This document shows positions 1 to 11,885 of a DNA stretch of 64,000 nucleotides, piece after piece. Numbering within the stretch: the stretch's first letter is position 1; the number at the start of each line of letters is the position of its first letter. The stretch comes from Oikopleura dioica (taxonomy: Eukaryota > Animalia > Chordata): the NCBI GenBank assembly GCA_907165135.1, contig OU015568.1, forward strand, positions 6,076,001 through 6,140,000. Reading direction: 5' to 3'. The position numbers and the translations under genes are program-made. The notes below the pieces were generated by a model, which was given only the letters and a program-made list of their open reading frames with translations, searched no databases and was not told the DNA's origin.

Positions 1-2729
1 CACTCAAAAATGTTCAGGCAAAGGCCTTTCTCCTAAATTTTCCTCATATCCAGTGCCTCCACCACCGCCTCCAGAGGTCGCCGAGCGACTCTGGTACTTG
101 GAGGCGAGCGCCGCAGGATCCAAGTCAAGATCTTTGGGGTTGATGGCGACTTCTCTGCCTTTAGCGGCCTTGAGATTGTAGAGATGATCGGTACCCATCA
201 TGCCCTTGCCGACAGCCGCCTTCTTCTCCTCGAGAACTTGATAGAGTGGAGGAGGGTTGGACATATCGACAGCCTTTTGAGGCTTTCGTAGTTCCATCGG
301 GGTGTCACTTCCGGCAGGAGGAGCCTCTGACGTGATTCCTTCAAGTTTTTATTATGCTGATAATTTTGACAAAAAGGCTTACCGCTGGGAGTCATGAGAC
401 CATCAGCGATCTGAGAAGCAGGATTAGCTTGAGTAGGGACACGAGTTCCATCCTGGTCTCCCTCATCTTCAGATTCTTCCTCAGAGCCTTCGTCTGAGTC
501 GGACTCGTCAGAATCGCTCTCCATCTCGCCCCAAAGAGCTTCAGAAAGCTTCTAAGCTTCGTATCGAGTGTCATCAATATCAACGCCGAAGACATCACCA
601 TACAAAGGTCTTCCTCGCTCGTCGACTAATGCTCGCTAGCCGAACGAGCAGCCTGAAGGAATGGGTGCGTTGAGACCGGAGTTTTAAGATTGGGGTAGCT
701 AGGGGGAGGTCCGTATCGCTGCATGGCAATAAGCTATGGTGGGGGGGACCTTGTGCGCGTTATTGCCTGTTTGCGATCGATAATTGAGCATAAAATTATC
801 TTTTAGATGTGATTATTATCGACCGTTTCCTAGAGGCATTCCTAAAGCGGTTCGTAAATCATCCGTCAGCTCTCCGGGTTTCAACTCCCTCAAGCGCGTC
901 TCATACTCTTTTCCCTTAATTGCACCGTTTATCATGCCACACTATGCGCTGAGTACCTCGTAGTAGAAATCTCCATGGCGGGTCATCTTCAGTTTAGTCT
1001 GATACCTGAAGAAGGCATCGCGAAGCTTTTGGTAATCGAGGTCGATTTTTCCGAGCTTTAGTCGAACTCGCTGTCGCACTTTTTTCTTCGTCGATTGTTC
1101 GGCTTCTTTTTGTTGAAGCGCCTCTCGCATTTCCATGATTCCAGAAACTCGGGGAGCTCGAATGGGGGCTCTTCAATACCACGCTTTGCGGAGAGATATT
1201 TTCGCTGAATCAAGTTGGGTGAACTTGTTCTAAATCATATCTAGTTCACCTTGTAAGACCAATGACGTGGTACAGGGACGCTATTACGGCCAGATTTTAG
1301 GAGGACAGGAAGCTTTGGATCCATGGCTAAATGAAAAAGTTTAAAATGTTTGGGGATAATATCTTACAAGTAACATCGTGCATTTCAATAAGATCAGGTC
1401 GTTCGACAATCTGCTTCAACTCGGCAACAGTCAGCCTTGATTGTTTTTTGAGCTTCTTCTTTGAGAGTTTTTCCTTATCATCACCCTTTTTGTCGTCATC
1501 ATCCGAGTCTTCCATCATGTTATCATTCTCGTGGTCGACTGTTTGATAGCCTGAATATTAATTAGCTTCAAAAGAAGTCGTACTGAACTACCTGATTTCT
1601 TTTGCACTTCAGGCATCACCATCTCCGCTGCCCTAAACGCCTCGAAGACTCTTTTGAACTAGATGGATCCAAATCCGGCTCCTCGGCAATGTAGTCAATT
1701 TCAAAGCCCTTATCTGTCTTCTTTTTCGCGTTATTCTTGTCATTTCCAGAGTCGTTACCAGTCTCATGACCTGAGTCATTTTCACTGCGCTTTTCCTCTT
1801 TTCTTCGCTTTTTCTTGAGCTTTTTACGTTGAGCTTTCGTAAGTTGCTTGCCGTTTTCATCGATAAGAGCTACTTTTGGCTTTTCAGGAGCTAGGGCAGT
1901 CAGTTGAACTCCGATTTGACCTCTGGAGCTTCTTGCGTCCATCTAGCTTCTTCCCTCGTTCTTTCTTCGCCGCGCGTTCGCCTTCGCCTTCGCCGTCAAC
2001 AGGAGTCTCTGGCTCCATCGAGTCTTTTTCTTTGTTAGAGGCTTGATGAAGAACTTCTGACTTCATATTAGAAATGGCTTCCGCTACATCTTCTTCGGAC
2101 ATTCTTCTTGAGCGGGTTGTTTATCTGCCTGCAGCTGCGAAATGTCCGGCTTGATGTCAAATACGGGGGTACTAGATGGTGGAGCTTCTTGTCCTTTCTC
2201 AGGCTCTTGTTCTTTTTCTGGCTCATCTTCTGCGGGAGGCTCCTGGCTCGATGGCTTCTTTGACTTGAAAACAGGCAGTGAGGCAGCAGCTTGCTCGGGT
2301 TCAGCTACGGGCTCTTCCACAGCTGCTGTTTCCCGCTCTGCCTCGGGTTCAGCCGGAAGTTCTTGGCTAGATGGCTTCTCAGTTTTGAAATCAGGCAATG
2401 AAGCTGTAGGCTCTTCGGCAACTGGTACCTCTTCCTCTTGCTCGCGCGCGACTTCTTGGCTCGAGGTGACTTCTGACTTGAGGTCGAGAACGGGGGCTGC
2501 TTCTCATCCCACAGGTGCTTGTTCAGGAGCTGCAGCGGCTTCTTGCGCATTCAGGAATTCAGTCAGTCTGAAGATAAGTAATTAGTGGAGGCCCACCGTG
2601 GAATTGTATTTAGAGAAACCCTTACCTTTCTTGGAGATCAGCCTTCTTGCCTTTTTGGTCAAGCCCATGTGTCTTACAGAGTTCTTTTAGGTCCACAACC
2701 CGAAGTCCCTGGAGATCGGGGTGAACCAT
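1..2729 (-). pseudogene. SF3B2: Splicing factor 3B subunit 2 (SAP145), intron-containing, disrupted copy; 3' end at or near the window start
   Basis: N-terminal SAP-like exon MVHPDLQGLRVVDLKELCKTHGL (ATG 2729), then RLTVAELKQIVERPDLIEMHDVT, NSVPVPRHW, GKIDLDYQKLRDAFF, AMQRYGPPPSYPNL and PPPLYQVLEEKK. Lesions: ~10-nt deletion near 1145 (PEF..TGIMEM), TGG>TAG at 734-736 with an extra C, and loss of YHAGGWGKPP with a TAG near 635. Confidence 0.85.
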
Positions 2730-2919
2730 TCTTAACAAATTTGCATTTTTATCAAGTTGAAGTTATATTAGGTAATTATTGAAGGCAAATGTGGCACAAA
2801 GATGAAAAATTTGAAGAAAGAAAATTTGGAATGCAGAAAAGCGGATTAGGTAAATACAAAGAAGTTATAAATCATCAACGACTTCAATGACGATGCCTTC
2901 TGATGAGAAGTCCAGCTGT

Positions 2920-3490
2920 TCAGAAGATGACTAGAAAAAATAGAGAACGATCTTGGAAAAACCCTTCCAGTGTCGTGGGAAGGTATCTCATAAAATCTTG
3001 CAGTAACTCTACGCTTATAAAAAGCACGGCTGTTACAAACAGTTGACCCATCACGTATATCCTCCGACGTTTCGTGACTGCTTCGATTTTCGAGCCTTCT
3101 GGGATAAACGAGATCGCGAGGTCTTCGTTCATTTTGATTGTGAAGTGCCTTTTATATTTGAGCCTTCCATGGATCACCTAATGAAACCATTGATACAAAG
3201 CGAGTTTGAAACTCTTGTTTACCCTTTTGAAAAGCTCGAAGGTTGTGTAAACTTGATCAAGGCTACGCGTCGTCGAATTCCTTCCTGGTCTCTGAAATCA
3301 TCGAATTCCCATGAACATTTTGATGATACGCATGCAGAATCTGAACCAGCTGATAATTTATAGTCCATCGAAAGAACTGATCCAAATTAAATTTGCCGCC
3401 TTTGTATTTCTGGAATGAGCTCTGGATGAAGGTCGAAAATCGTCTACCCTCGTCGGGGATCGATGATGAAGAGGTTTTTATCTGTTTCTA
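2920..3490 (-). other. Unidentified coding-like fragments with an in-frame stop/frameshift
   Basis: Reading SSSIPDEGRRFSTF...EFDDA* then LDQVYTTFELFK, a GT-AG intron, then the 2920-3177 ORF with a hydrophobic C-terminus. No family recognised. Confidence 0.3.
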
Positions 3491-3506
3491 ATCGCACATA
3501 GCTATA

Positions 3507-4090
3507 GATGAATTTAAAAAACTTTTTGCAGGCAAAATCCTGACTTTGCCTACTTTTATATTCAGGAGAAAGCCCGTAAAATTCTGAGTCGACTGGACGA
3601 GACTCAGACGAAAACCGTCAGACGATGACGTCATAAATGACGCTAGAAGTTGTCAAAAATGGCGATTTTGGGCAAACTTTGAGTCACTTTTGGGCTTTTT
3701 GACGGAATTTTTAATGTTCTATAGTTCAAATTGATCCCTGTGAAAAACTGTACTAAGGTTTTTCATGATTTTTCATTTCGTCGAAATTTTTTTCGGAAAA
3801 TTCTAGAGCCAAGTTTTTCAAAATTTTTCTTAATCCGTAAAAACCTTAGTGCAGTTATTAAAAAGCTTTCATTTAAGCTATCAAACACCGAAAAATTCAA
3901 GCAGGAACGCCGTTAAAAGAAGACTCAAAGTTTCGGCTTTTTGTAACCTTCTGACGTCATTTGTGACGTCATTCTCTAGAAAATTTTTAAAACGATTTGG
4001 TCGAATCGACTCAAAATTTTGCAGGCTTTCTTACGGGCTGAAAATCTGACCACGTTAGAATTCTGCTTGCAAAAAGTTTTTAAATTCATC
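3507..4090. mobile_element. Non-autonomous DNA transposon (MITE), 584 bp
   Basis: Termini GATGAATTTAAAAA(A)CTTTTTGCA.. / ..TGCAAAAAGTTTTTAAATTCATC with further imperfect inverted similarity inside; flanked by ATA on both sides; no ORF. Confidence 0.75.
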
Positions 4091-4113
4091 ATAAGGAAAT
4101 ATTCAAAGCGTAC

Positions 4114-4392
4114 CTAACAAAAGATCGGAAAACTGTGCACCGCTCCAATTGTTCGCTGCATTCCACTCATTGACCCCCGATCCGGAACCGATTTCAACTG
4201 CTAGACCAGGCTTTTCTTTGGAAATAATCAACAAGCGCTACAAAACATACTACAATATCTGACTTCCTTGCCTAAACATTTATCCTGAAGTTCCTTTTCA
4301 ATGCCATCAAGAAAGACAAAAGAATCCTCAGAAGGCTCATACACAGAATCGGTATAATCATACCATGCTGAATAATCTGGCGTTGGACGCAT
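4114..4392 (-). pseudogene. N6AMT1: HemK2/N6AMT1 (Mtq2)-like methyltransferase fragment
   Basis: MRPTPDYSAWYDYTDSVYEPSEDSFVFLDGIEKEL, then AVEIGSGSGV (SAM motif I). The DINP segment is missing and no NPPY motif follows. Confidence 0.7.
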
Positions 4393-4643
4393 TCTTAATT
4401 TTTACCATATCAGTTTTATTGAAATTTACAAGTTGCCAGTATTTTAAATTTTCAGAATATCTTCTTTCATCCTTGATGAAATTTTCGGCAGTCCGAGTGA
4501 GCTCCCAATCTGATGCAATCTAAAATGGAAAAGACGTTAATTTAAAATCATAGTAAGGCGACAAAGGCAGTGAATAAAGAGTATAAAAGTGAGGTGATAA
4601 GTGAAAATGTGAACTATATACAGTGAGAAAGAAGGAAAGGGGT

Positions 4644-7600
4644 TTAGTATTTTTCCTTCACCCGTGGGTCGCCTTGTTTCAGAAGAGTACGGTGTCTGTC
4701 TTTGAGGTTGATATTCGTCCTCGTCGTATCACGGAAAGACTTGTTCCAGATCTTGATCCAGTCTTTTCCGTATTGATCGAGGCCAGCAATCAGCTTGGCG
4801 TCCTCGTCCTAAAATAATAACAATTAAAGATTTAAATCATTTATTAAGAGCTTACTTCAGTCCACTTCTTTCTTTTCTGCGGGGCAGGGGTTGATATAGA
4901 CCTTGTTGCTGCCCGCGAAGCTGGTCGGCTTGACTCCGCCCGCGAAGCTGGTCGGCTCGACGCTGCCCGCGAAGCTGGTTGGACTGACCCTTCGCTGGCT
5001 GACTCGTCAGACTAAAGTGAAGTTAGAGTACTTTTTCATGATTTCAAATCGTTACCTCTTCTCGTTGATTCGAATCAACAGGAGTGTCTACTCTGCTCTC
5101 GTTGCTATCTTTAGTAATGATATAAAAGAATTAGTTGACTATCACTATGATGGTCTCATGAAAATAATCATATTTGTGAATTTACAATTTTATATCATTT
5201 CCTGAATCGATGTTTTGTACTCCGCGAAGAACTGTGAATTCGAAGTCTTTCAAAGGCGATTCGTTAATGAGTTGTAGCAGTTTAGACAGCTTGATTTTGT
5301 TTTTGACGGAGCATTTCACACCGTTGAAGCAAATCAGAATATCTCCAACACGAAGCCCAGCTTTATCTGCTTCCGACCCTGGGACAACCTCGCAGATGTC
5401 GATTCCTGTTTCGCTCGATTCTTTTTCTCGAAGCCTGAGCCCTATTGGGCGCTGAATGTTCTTTGCATCTTTGAAGATGAATGTTCTTTCAACATATACT
5501 TCTCGCGGATCTCTTGTCTCCACGGAAGAACTGATGCTTCTCGGAGGCTTTCGAGCGACAGAAGGGATTATTTTTCGATATTTTTTCTTCATCGGAATCG
5601 ACTTTTTCTTTGATTTAGATGGTGACTTCTCTGGTGATCGTAATTTGGTTAGCTTCGGCATGCTGGCTGTTGGCGATCTATTTCTTCTCCGAGGACGACT
5701 TTGCGGTCGACGAACTTCCTCATCCTCGCTCGAGTTCAAGAAGCTCATGCTAGCTGTTGGGGATCTATTTCTTTTCCGAGGAGGACTTTGCGGTCGACGA
5801 ACTTCCTCATCCTCGCTCGAGTCCAAGAAGCTAGAAAGATCAGCATCTAGTGGCATCGCTGGAGGTGTTAAATTCTTGCTGCACGTTGGTTCGTCATGCC
5901 TCAGTTTCGCACTCTTTTCTTTGGTTGCTTTCTTTTGACTTAGCTTCATCTTTCCGACGCCTCTAATTGGACTGTCATTATCAAATGCAGAAGACAAGTC
6001 CGAAATCTCGCTCAGGGCATCTCTTCCTGGACGACGAGCAATGGTGATATCCAAAGCTGGCTTAAGAATCGTCGGCTTTGAAGCGCTTTTCTTAGGCGGT
6101 ACATTTTCTTTCTCGTGCTTGCTCCTTTTCGCTGCGTGATCTTTCGCGCTTGCTTCGCCCTGCGCGTTCTTTTCAGGAGTCTGAAGCTTTCTCTTGTTTG
6201 AGGTGGGAAACATAAATTCGCGAACGTCCTCTCTGTCAATTGGCGCGGGTGGGGATTGATCATGTTCAGGCGATAGTGCTTGTCGATCCTCCGCAGATTC
6301 ATCGAACAAAGCTTGCTGCGACCAGTTATGAGCTGACTCCTGCTCTTCTCGTGGCTGCGAGCGTTCCTGACTTTGCGATTTGGAAGATTTAGACTTCGAA
6401 GGTCCCGGCTTTTCTTTTGTAGGCTTTTCCGCTACTGGAAGACGCTTTTTGAAACGGCTTGATGATCCTGGAACGGGCTCCGAAAAATTCACATTGGGTA
6501 CTTTTGGCTCCCAAGAAATCGCATTTTCAAGTTCTCGATTCAAGGGATCGCTCGAATCTCGTGCAGGGTTTCTTTTTGCAATAAAAGCCCTTGCGAATTC
6601 CAGACGTCGACTTATTCCGCCAGCTTGTGCTTTGCGACAGGCTTCAGCCAACGATTTTTTCACCTCTTCACGAGTTGGTTTTGCTCTCGATCTCGGCATT
6701 TTTCTGTTAACTCTTTTTGCTGTTTAGCCTGATCTGCTTGCTTGTTAATCTTCTTTGTTTCAGAATTCCTCGTCGGCGATTTGAGCTTCGCAAAGTAATC
6801 GTCATCTAAATCCTCGTCGAAAGTCTTCTGTGTCGCTGAGGCTTGCTCCAAGGTTGGAGAAGTGGGAGGCGTAAAAATTTTTCGTTAGTCCCTTGTAACT
6901 CTTGTCGAGGTTGAATTTGAGTTGCCGATGTTGACTCATGTCGAGCTTGAGTTGCTTGTGTTGACTGTTGTGAGTCGAGAACAAGCGCTGTGTGGTTTAA
7001 AAGATCGCTCGCTCGCTGAGTCTGGTTCATCTCTTCTTGCGACTTTTCTTCTTGAGACTCTTCGGCGCATAAGTTCTGCACATCGTGAGTCCTTCTTGTT
7101 CTCCCTTCAGTCTCTCGTAGCGTCTCTCCAGAAACCTGTGACCAGGAATCTTTTGTTTCGACCTTTTTGATTTCCCTGTCGTATCTCCCGAGGACGCCAT
7201 GATTATCTCCGGGGTATCCATCGGTTCTTCCTGATTTTCATTGAAGAGGCTTCGACGAAGCTTTCTCGGGGGCTGTGGAGGTGAAGCGGGTGCTGATTGA
7301 TCAGTCTTACTGGGCGTTTTCGGTAGACTCTTTTCAGGCGTTTTGTAGACGGAGGAACCTTGAGAGGAGTTAGCTTCTTCTTCGTCTTGCTGGGAAATCT
7401 GCGTAGTATCAATTGGCTGCAGCTCATCATCGAAAAGTTCTCCGCTGACGGAGAGGGAGATCTCTGGATCCGAAGGCACCTCATCATTGAGTAGTTCACC
7501 ACTGACTGATACGGAAATTCCAGCGATCCCTTCTTCGGATCCCAGAGTATTCTCAGAGACTTTTGCTAAACAGAAGGTAAGGATTCAGTAAAAGAGTCAA

Positions 7601-8184
7601 TAACTTACGAGATGGTTTGACAGCTTTGTTTTGCTTCTTTTCCGCTCTTGGTGTTTTAGGTGAATGCTCTGTGCGATTCTTATCTGGAGTAGCATCAGTT
7701 GTGCTTTGAGAAAACTCAGCAGCTCGCTCCATCATCTCATATCGGCTCAGTTGAGAAAGTTGAGTTTCCTGAGTTCCCCAGCCATCGGGGCTCTTCTGAG
7801 ATTGGAGAAGCTCCGCTAACGGTATTCGAGGGGAAATCTCAGTTGATTCCTTCGCAGAACTTGTCTTTCGTTGCGGACTCGGCGCTATAATTCGAGTTTA
7901 TTTTCAATATTTATTTGATCGATTACTTGGTTGGTCGGGATCAAGATCTGAGACCAGCTTCGAGTTGGATGATTTGTTAGAAGTCTTCTTCGGCGATATG
8001 AAGTGGGGTGAAGGCTGCGAAATCTCAGCAGCTCGTTCCAGCGGGGGATATCTACGCGGAATTGCATGAAAATACGTCAGCTGGCTTTAATTTTACCTAT
8101 TTCTGATGATTCACCCTCGTGAATGAGACGCTCTCCCGAATTATCATCCGACGAAGGGAATTCATCACTCTCTTTTAGTTTCAT
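4644..8184 (-). CDS. Large low-complexity protein with a PDZ domain and a C-terminal telobox-type Myb domain
   Basis: ORF 5182-6699 ends in a PDZ (PIGLRL..ICEVVPGSEADKAGLRVGDILICFNG). Short downstream exons give QKRKKWTE|DEDAKLIAGLDQYGKDWIKIW..TRTNINLKDRHRTLL* (stop 4644-4646). Upstream ORFs (7027-7479, 6806-7081, 6660-6851) join after single-base corrections, so the single-gene model is inferred. Confidence 0.6.
4908..4985 (-). repeat. 27-bp coding tandem repeat x3 (PASRAxSSR)
   Basis: GCCCGCGAAGCTGGT recurs at 4911, 4938 and 4965. Confidence 0.9.
5659..5832 (-). repeat. 87-bp coding duplication x2 (SSEDEEVRRPQS..RNRSPTASM)
   Basis: The two copies start 87 nt apart (5659, 5746); visible in the ORF translation. 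Confidence 0.9.
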
Positions 8185-8455
8185 TTTCAATCCGATAGCG
8201 CACTGTCTGAACAAAAAATATGGGATCCTTTCTCTACTCTTTTCGTAGAGTCTGCCCTCAAATGGCGACGGCCGAGCAGCAAAAATGAGAAAAGGATTCT
8301 CGAAAAATGAGTATTTTCAAATGATGCTCCGACTCGCCTTGATCGCAGTCTTTCGATCAGATAAAAATGATCGTTTAGACATGGACGAATCAAAAAGTAG
8401 ATAGAATATTTTTCGACATGTTTTTGGATATTAAAATTGGCAGTAATCGGTTTTT

Positions 8456-10130
8456 TTAAAAAGAAGGACTCGTTGCTTGAAACTCCTTGAGGCTCTTTTC
8501 CATTTGCTCCGCGCGAAATATCACTTCCGCTTCTTCATCCAACGCCGGTTTTCGCCATTTTCGAGGAGATATGTCCGCCAGTCCGCCGAGAATCTCTCGC
8601 ATAAAATAAGGAGGGACGCGTTCGTTATTCTCGACGATGTGAGCGAATCCTCCGCCACCGCCAAATTCGACGGCAATATGACCTAAAATCAATTCATCTT
8701 TGGTTTCTCATCATTTTCTCACCTAATTTTTGAACCTTTTTGAAATGGCTCATTTCTTTCATCGTGTTTATCACAGCCTCGTTGATTGCCCACATGTCTT
8801 CTGCATCTTGAAACGCTTTCTGGAAGTACATTGGCCCCATTTCAGCCTCCTCCATGTCGATTGGAACGCATTCCGTGACAAAATGCGGGAAACCCTTCGT
8901 CTTCGTCGCTAGAGCAGTTAGCAAGGAACTAATCGACACTGGAATTAAGAGAAGCTGCTGTAAGATGGTGAGTAATTGCATAGCGTGTCCATTGCAAAAA
9001 ATAGGTTCAGTTGAGAAAAAGCTTTGAATTGTCCAGGCATTCCACCGAATTTGTTTGGCATGCCACCAAATGTCAGGTTGACCGAATGGATTCTGAAATG
9101 TTTATCAAAAATAAAACTTGAGATGGACTTCTACCGGTGCTCCTGCCATGCCGGGCATATGTGCAGAGTTCGCCAACATGAGTTGAGGCGCCATGATCAT
9201 CGGCTGCTCGGGCTCTTCGGCTTTTTCGACCTCTTTCGCATTCCTATTCTTTTCTACATTTTCCAGTGTTTCGATTCGGAGGATCGTTTCACGAAGAGTC
9301 TAGATTCAAGATAAGCATAAAAATCATCATCATTTGTTACCTAGATAAAGTAAGGCATGGCAAAGTCCTGGATTCTGTTTCCCCACGATTGCTCGAGAAC
9401 AACGTCGGGTCGCATGAGGTCGTAACAGGTGTAGAGGCAGGCAGCAATGGAATGAGGAAGGAAAAGAACAGTTCCACGCTGGGAAAGGCGGCAGACAGCA
9501 ACAAGTCGACAACTTCGATCATCGTCAGCGAGATGCTCTCTGCTGCGAAGAGTGACGCGCATCTGGGCTCGAGCTTCTCTCGGAAGCCGGAAAGGCGCAG
9601 TTCGGGAAAGAGGCGCTCGAATTGCTCCACCAAAGAGTGGAGGGGCTCGTGAGCGAGCAGCGCCGCGTACAAACTATGCGACACCTTCATCATTTAATCG
9701 TTCGCCGTGTCACTAGTCAGAAGCGTTAGGAGTCCTGTCAATAGATTCGATTGGACTCACCAGAAATCGACGATATATTTGAACAAATAAACGACTTCGG
9801 GAGAGGAAGAAGACAGCCGCGCTAGTTTCAAAATCGCCTTCGAGGTTTGGCCGATTTGTTTTTCGCTGGAAAAGGTGACTTCTTTGTTCAAGAACATCCA
9901 GTGCTCGTGCATTCCCGACTCGTTGTCCATCGTTACGTCTGGAATACACTAAAACGATCAAATTGATGACCACTGAAAAACAGCCGTTTTTACCTCGATG
10001 GAATTGTCGATATCGTAATCGAGGTCGAAGATGTCCTTTCCAGAGATTTCCCACTGCGTCACTTTTCCAGCAGCGTTTCCTGCAGCTGCGAAACTGAGAG
10101 GTTCATCAAAATATTCGTCAGGGGCGCTAA
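8456..10130 (-). CDS. Uncharacterised multi-exon gene, apparently with at least one in-frame stop near 9700
   Basis: Chained exons ([10 protein letters not shown].., [17 protein letters not shown].., ORFs 9337-9693, 8694-8981, 8456-8692) separated by short introns; family not recognised. Confidence 0.45.
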
Positions 10131-10199
10131 TTGACTAAGAAACTAGATTAAACTTTCAGCTTTTCGAGTGTAACTGTACTTGTCTACACTGTAGGGGCA

Positions 10200-10800
10200 C
10201 TTCTGAATTCTTCTTTTGAGCAGCATCGCCGCGTGTGGACACATGAAGAGAAAGGACTGGCTGGGAGGATTTTCTGGTAAGTCGTCCGGCAGGTGGTCAC
10301 CGAACACTGCGAAATCGTTACATTTTGAATTGAATCTCTTTTTTACCTTGTGCTTGAACATTTCGTTCTTGAAGGAGTTTCTGCGTTCTTTCTCTAGCAG
10401 CTCATCATCCTCGGAAAAGGCACTTGATTTGGCAATGGAGGCAAAAGCTGTTCGCAATTCTGAGTGATTTTATCTTGTCCCAGAGAGAGTCCGCGAGCAG
10501 TTAGCCCTGTTCCAGCTCGTTGAGGAAGGCATTGTGCGCGATGATCACTTCGTTCAGGTCATTTGCTTTCTCGACCTGAAAATGATCCAGTTTGGTGCGA
10601 CCAAGAAGGACTTACCTTTTCGGCGAAGACTGCCCAAGATGTCTCGCTGATTTCGAAGTGAATGTAGTACTGCAGCTGGCCGATGAAGTGGATCATTTCG
10701 AATTGCAGAATGTTGCTGATGAAGAACACTTCCTTCACTAGACAGTTCATTAGTTACACTAATCCTTGATCCTCAGTACCTTCGCTTATTTCCCGCGAGC
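10200..10800 (-). pseudogene. TUBGCP3: Gamma-tubulin complex component 3, C-terminal fragment only
   Basis: NILQFEMIHFIGQLQYYIHFEISETSWAVFAEK|VEKANDLNEVIIAHNAFLNELEQG* matches GCP3 [31 protein letters not shown]. In-frame TAA follows and no N-terminal part lies upstream. Confidence 0.75.
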
Positions 10801-10807
10801 CATGCGT

Positions 10808-11062
10808 TCGAGCGATCCAGAATTTCTGAATACTCGATTCCGCTCATTTCATTCTTTTCTAAATATCAGACATCCTTTTTGATTGTTTTTTTTTTTTCAG
10901 TATCAAAGAAGAATTAAGAGTTTTGTCTTGACGGCTCTACAAAAATAGAAGGTTAGAAAAGTAGACGATGGTCCTCGAATGTCAAAGAGACGGGAAGTTT
11001 GAAAAATACAGTTAGTCGTTGGATTGCTGCAAAATGATATTTTTGTCCTGCTCGATCTTCTC
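10808..11062 (-). repeat. Diverged local duplicate of ~15340-15600 (IFT20 3' end, spacer, XRCC1 start)
   Basis: GAGCGATCCAGAATTTCTGAATACTCGATT..GACGGCTCTACAAAA..GGTTAGAAAA..GAAAAATACAGTTAGTCGTTG is shared by both loci with scattered substitutions. Confidence 0.9.
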
Positions 11063-11885
11063 GGTCGAGACGGTTTATCAAGAAGAAAAACGGGCAAAAG
11101 CTTATGATGCATTGACTGAATCGCCTGCTACTTACTGAGGAAGCTCCCTACTTCATCATGACGAGCTCTAGAATACTTTTTAACTTGCAGTGCTTCAAAA
11201 ATTGTGCTATAAAAATGCTTCAAAATAAACAAGCTGCTGTTACTGCAACAACGAAGAACAGATAAATCTTTCAATTTTTGAAAAGTGTATTTCTTTATAC
11301 AAATAAATAAGTTAAATTCGTAACCACTCAAGTTTCACTTCATTCCGAAATCAAGCGGCCGCGGGAAACTCCTGATCCGAACCGTTTTCTCGTTCAGATG
11401 TCGCTAGAGTTGGTTCTCCGCGGGACTTGACTTGGGAAAAATATGGTTTGATAGTAGCACAAGCAACGAGGTAAAAGAGAATATGTTGTTTTGGGAGAGT
11501 TTCAATTCTGAAAAGAGAGTATTTTTTCTTTCTCAAGGAGAAAGGAGTGAAGTCATTTTGGCACCAGAAAAGAAGGCCAAAATTGTTTCAGTTAAAAACA
11601 TCCTAAATAAATAAATGCTTAAGAATTGACAGTTCGATCCTTAACTCCGCAACTGGAATTCGACAAAAATTGTCGAAACGTCATCATGACCCCCATCTTT
11701 GATTGGTGAATAGCCTAATTATCAATCATCGATTGGCTCTATGAGTTGACGTGGCTTTAGTTCCAGTTGCGGAGTTAAGGGCCAAGAAAAGGCAAAGTTG
11801 AACACCTCAAAAAAGGGGTCAGAAACCCATTTGTTCACCATTAGTTCTTCAATTTGAATGAAGTCAAAAGTAGGCCTTGGAAATT

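Noticed and set aside
6690-7170. Separate small genes upstream of the PDZ ORF
   Set aside because: The ORFs join into one frame after single-base corrections, two of them in A/T runs.
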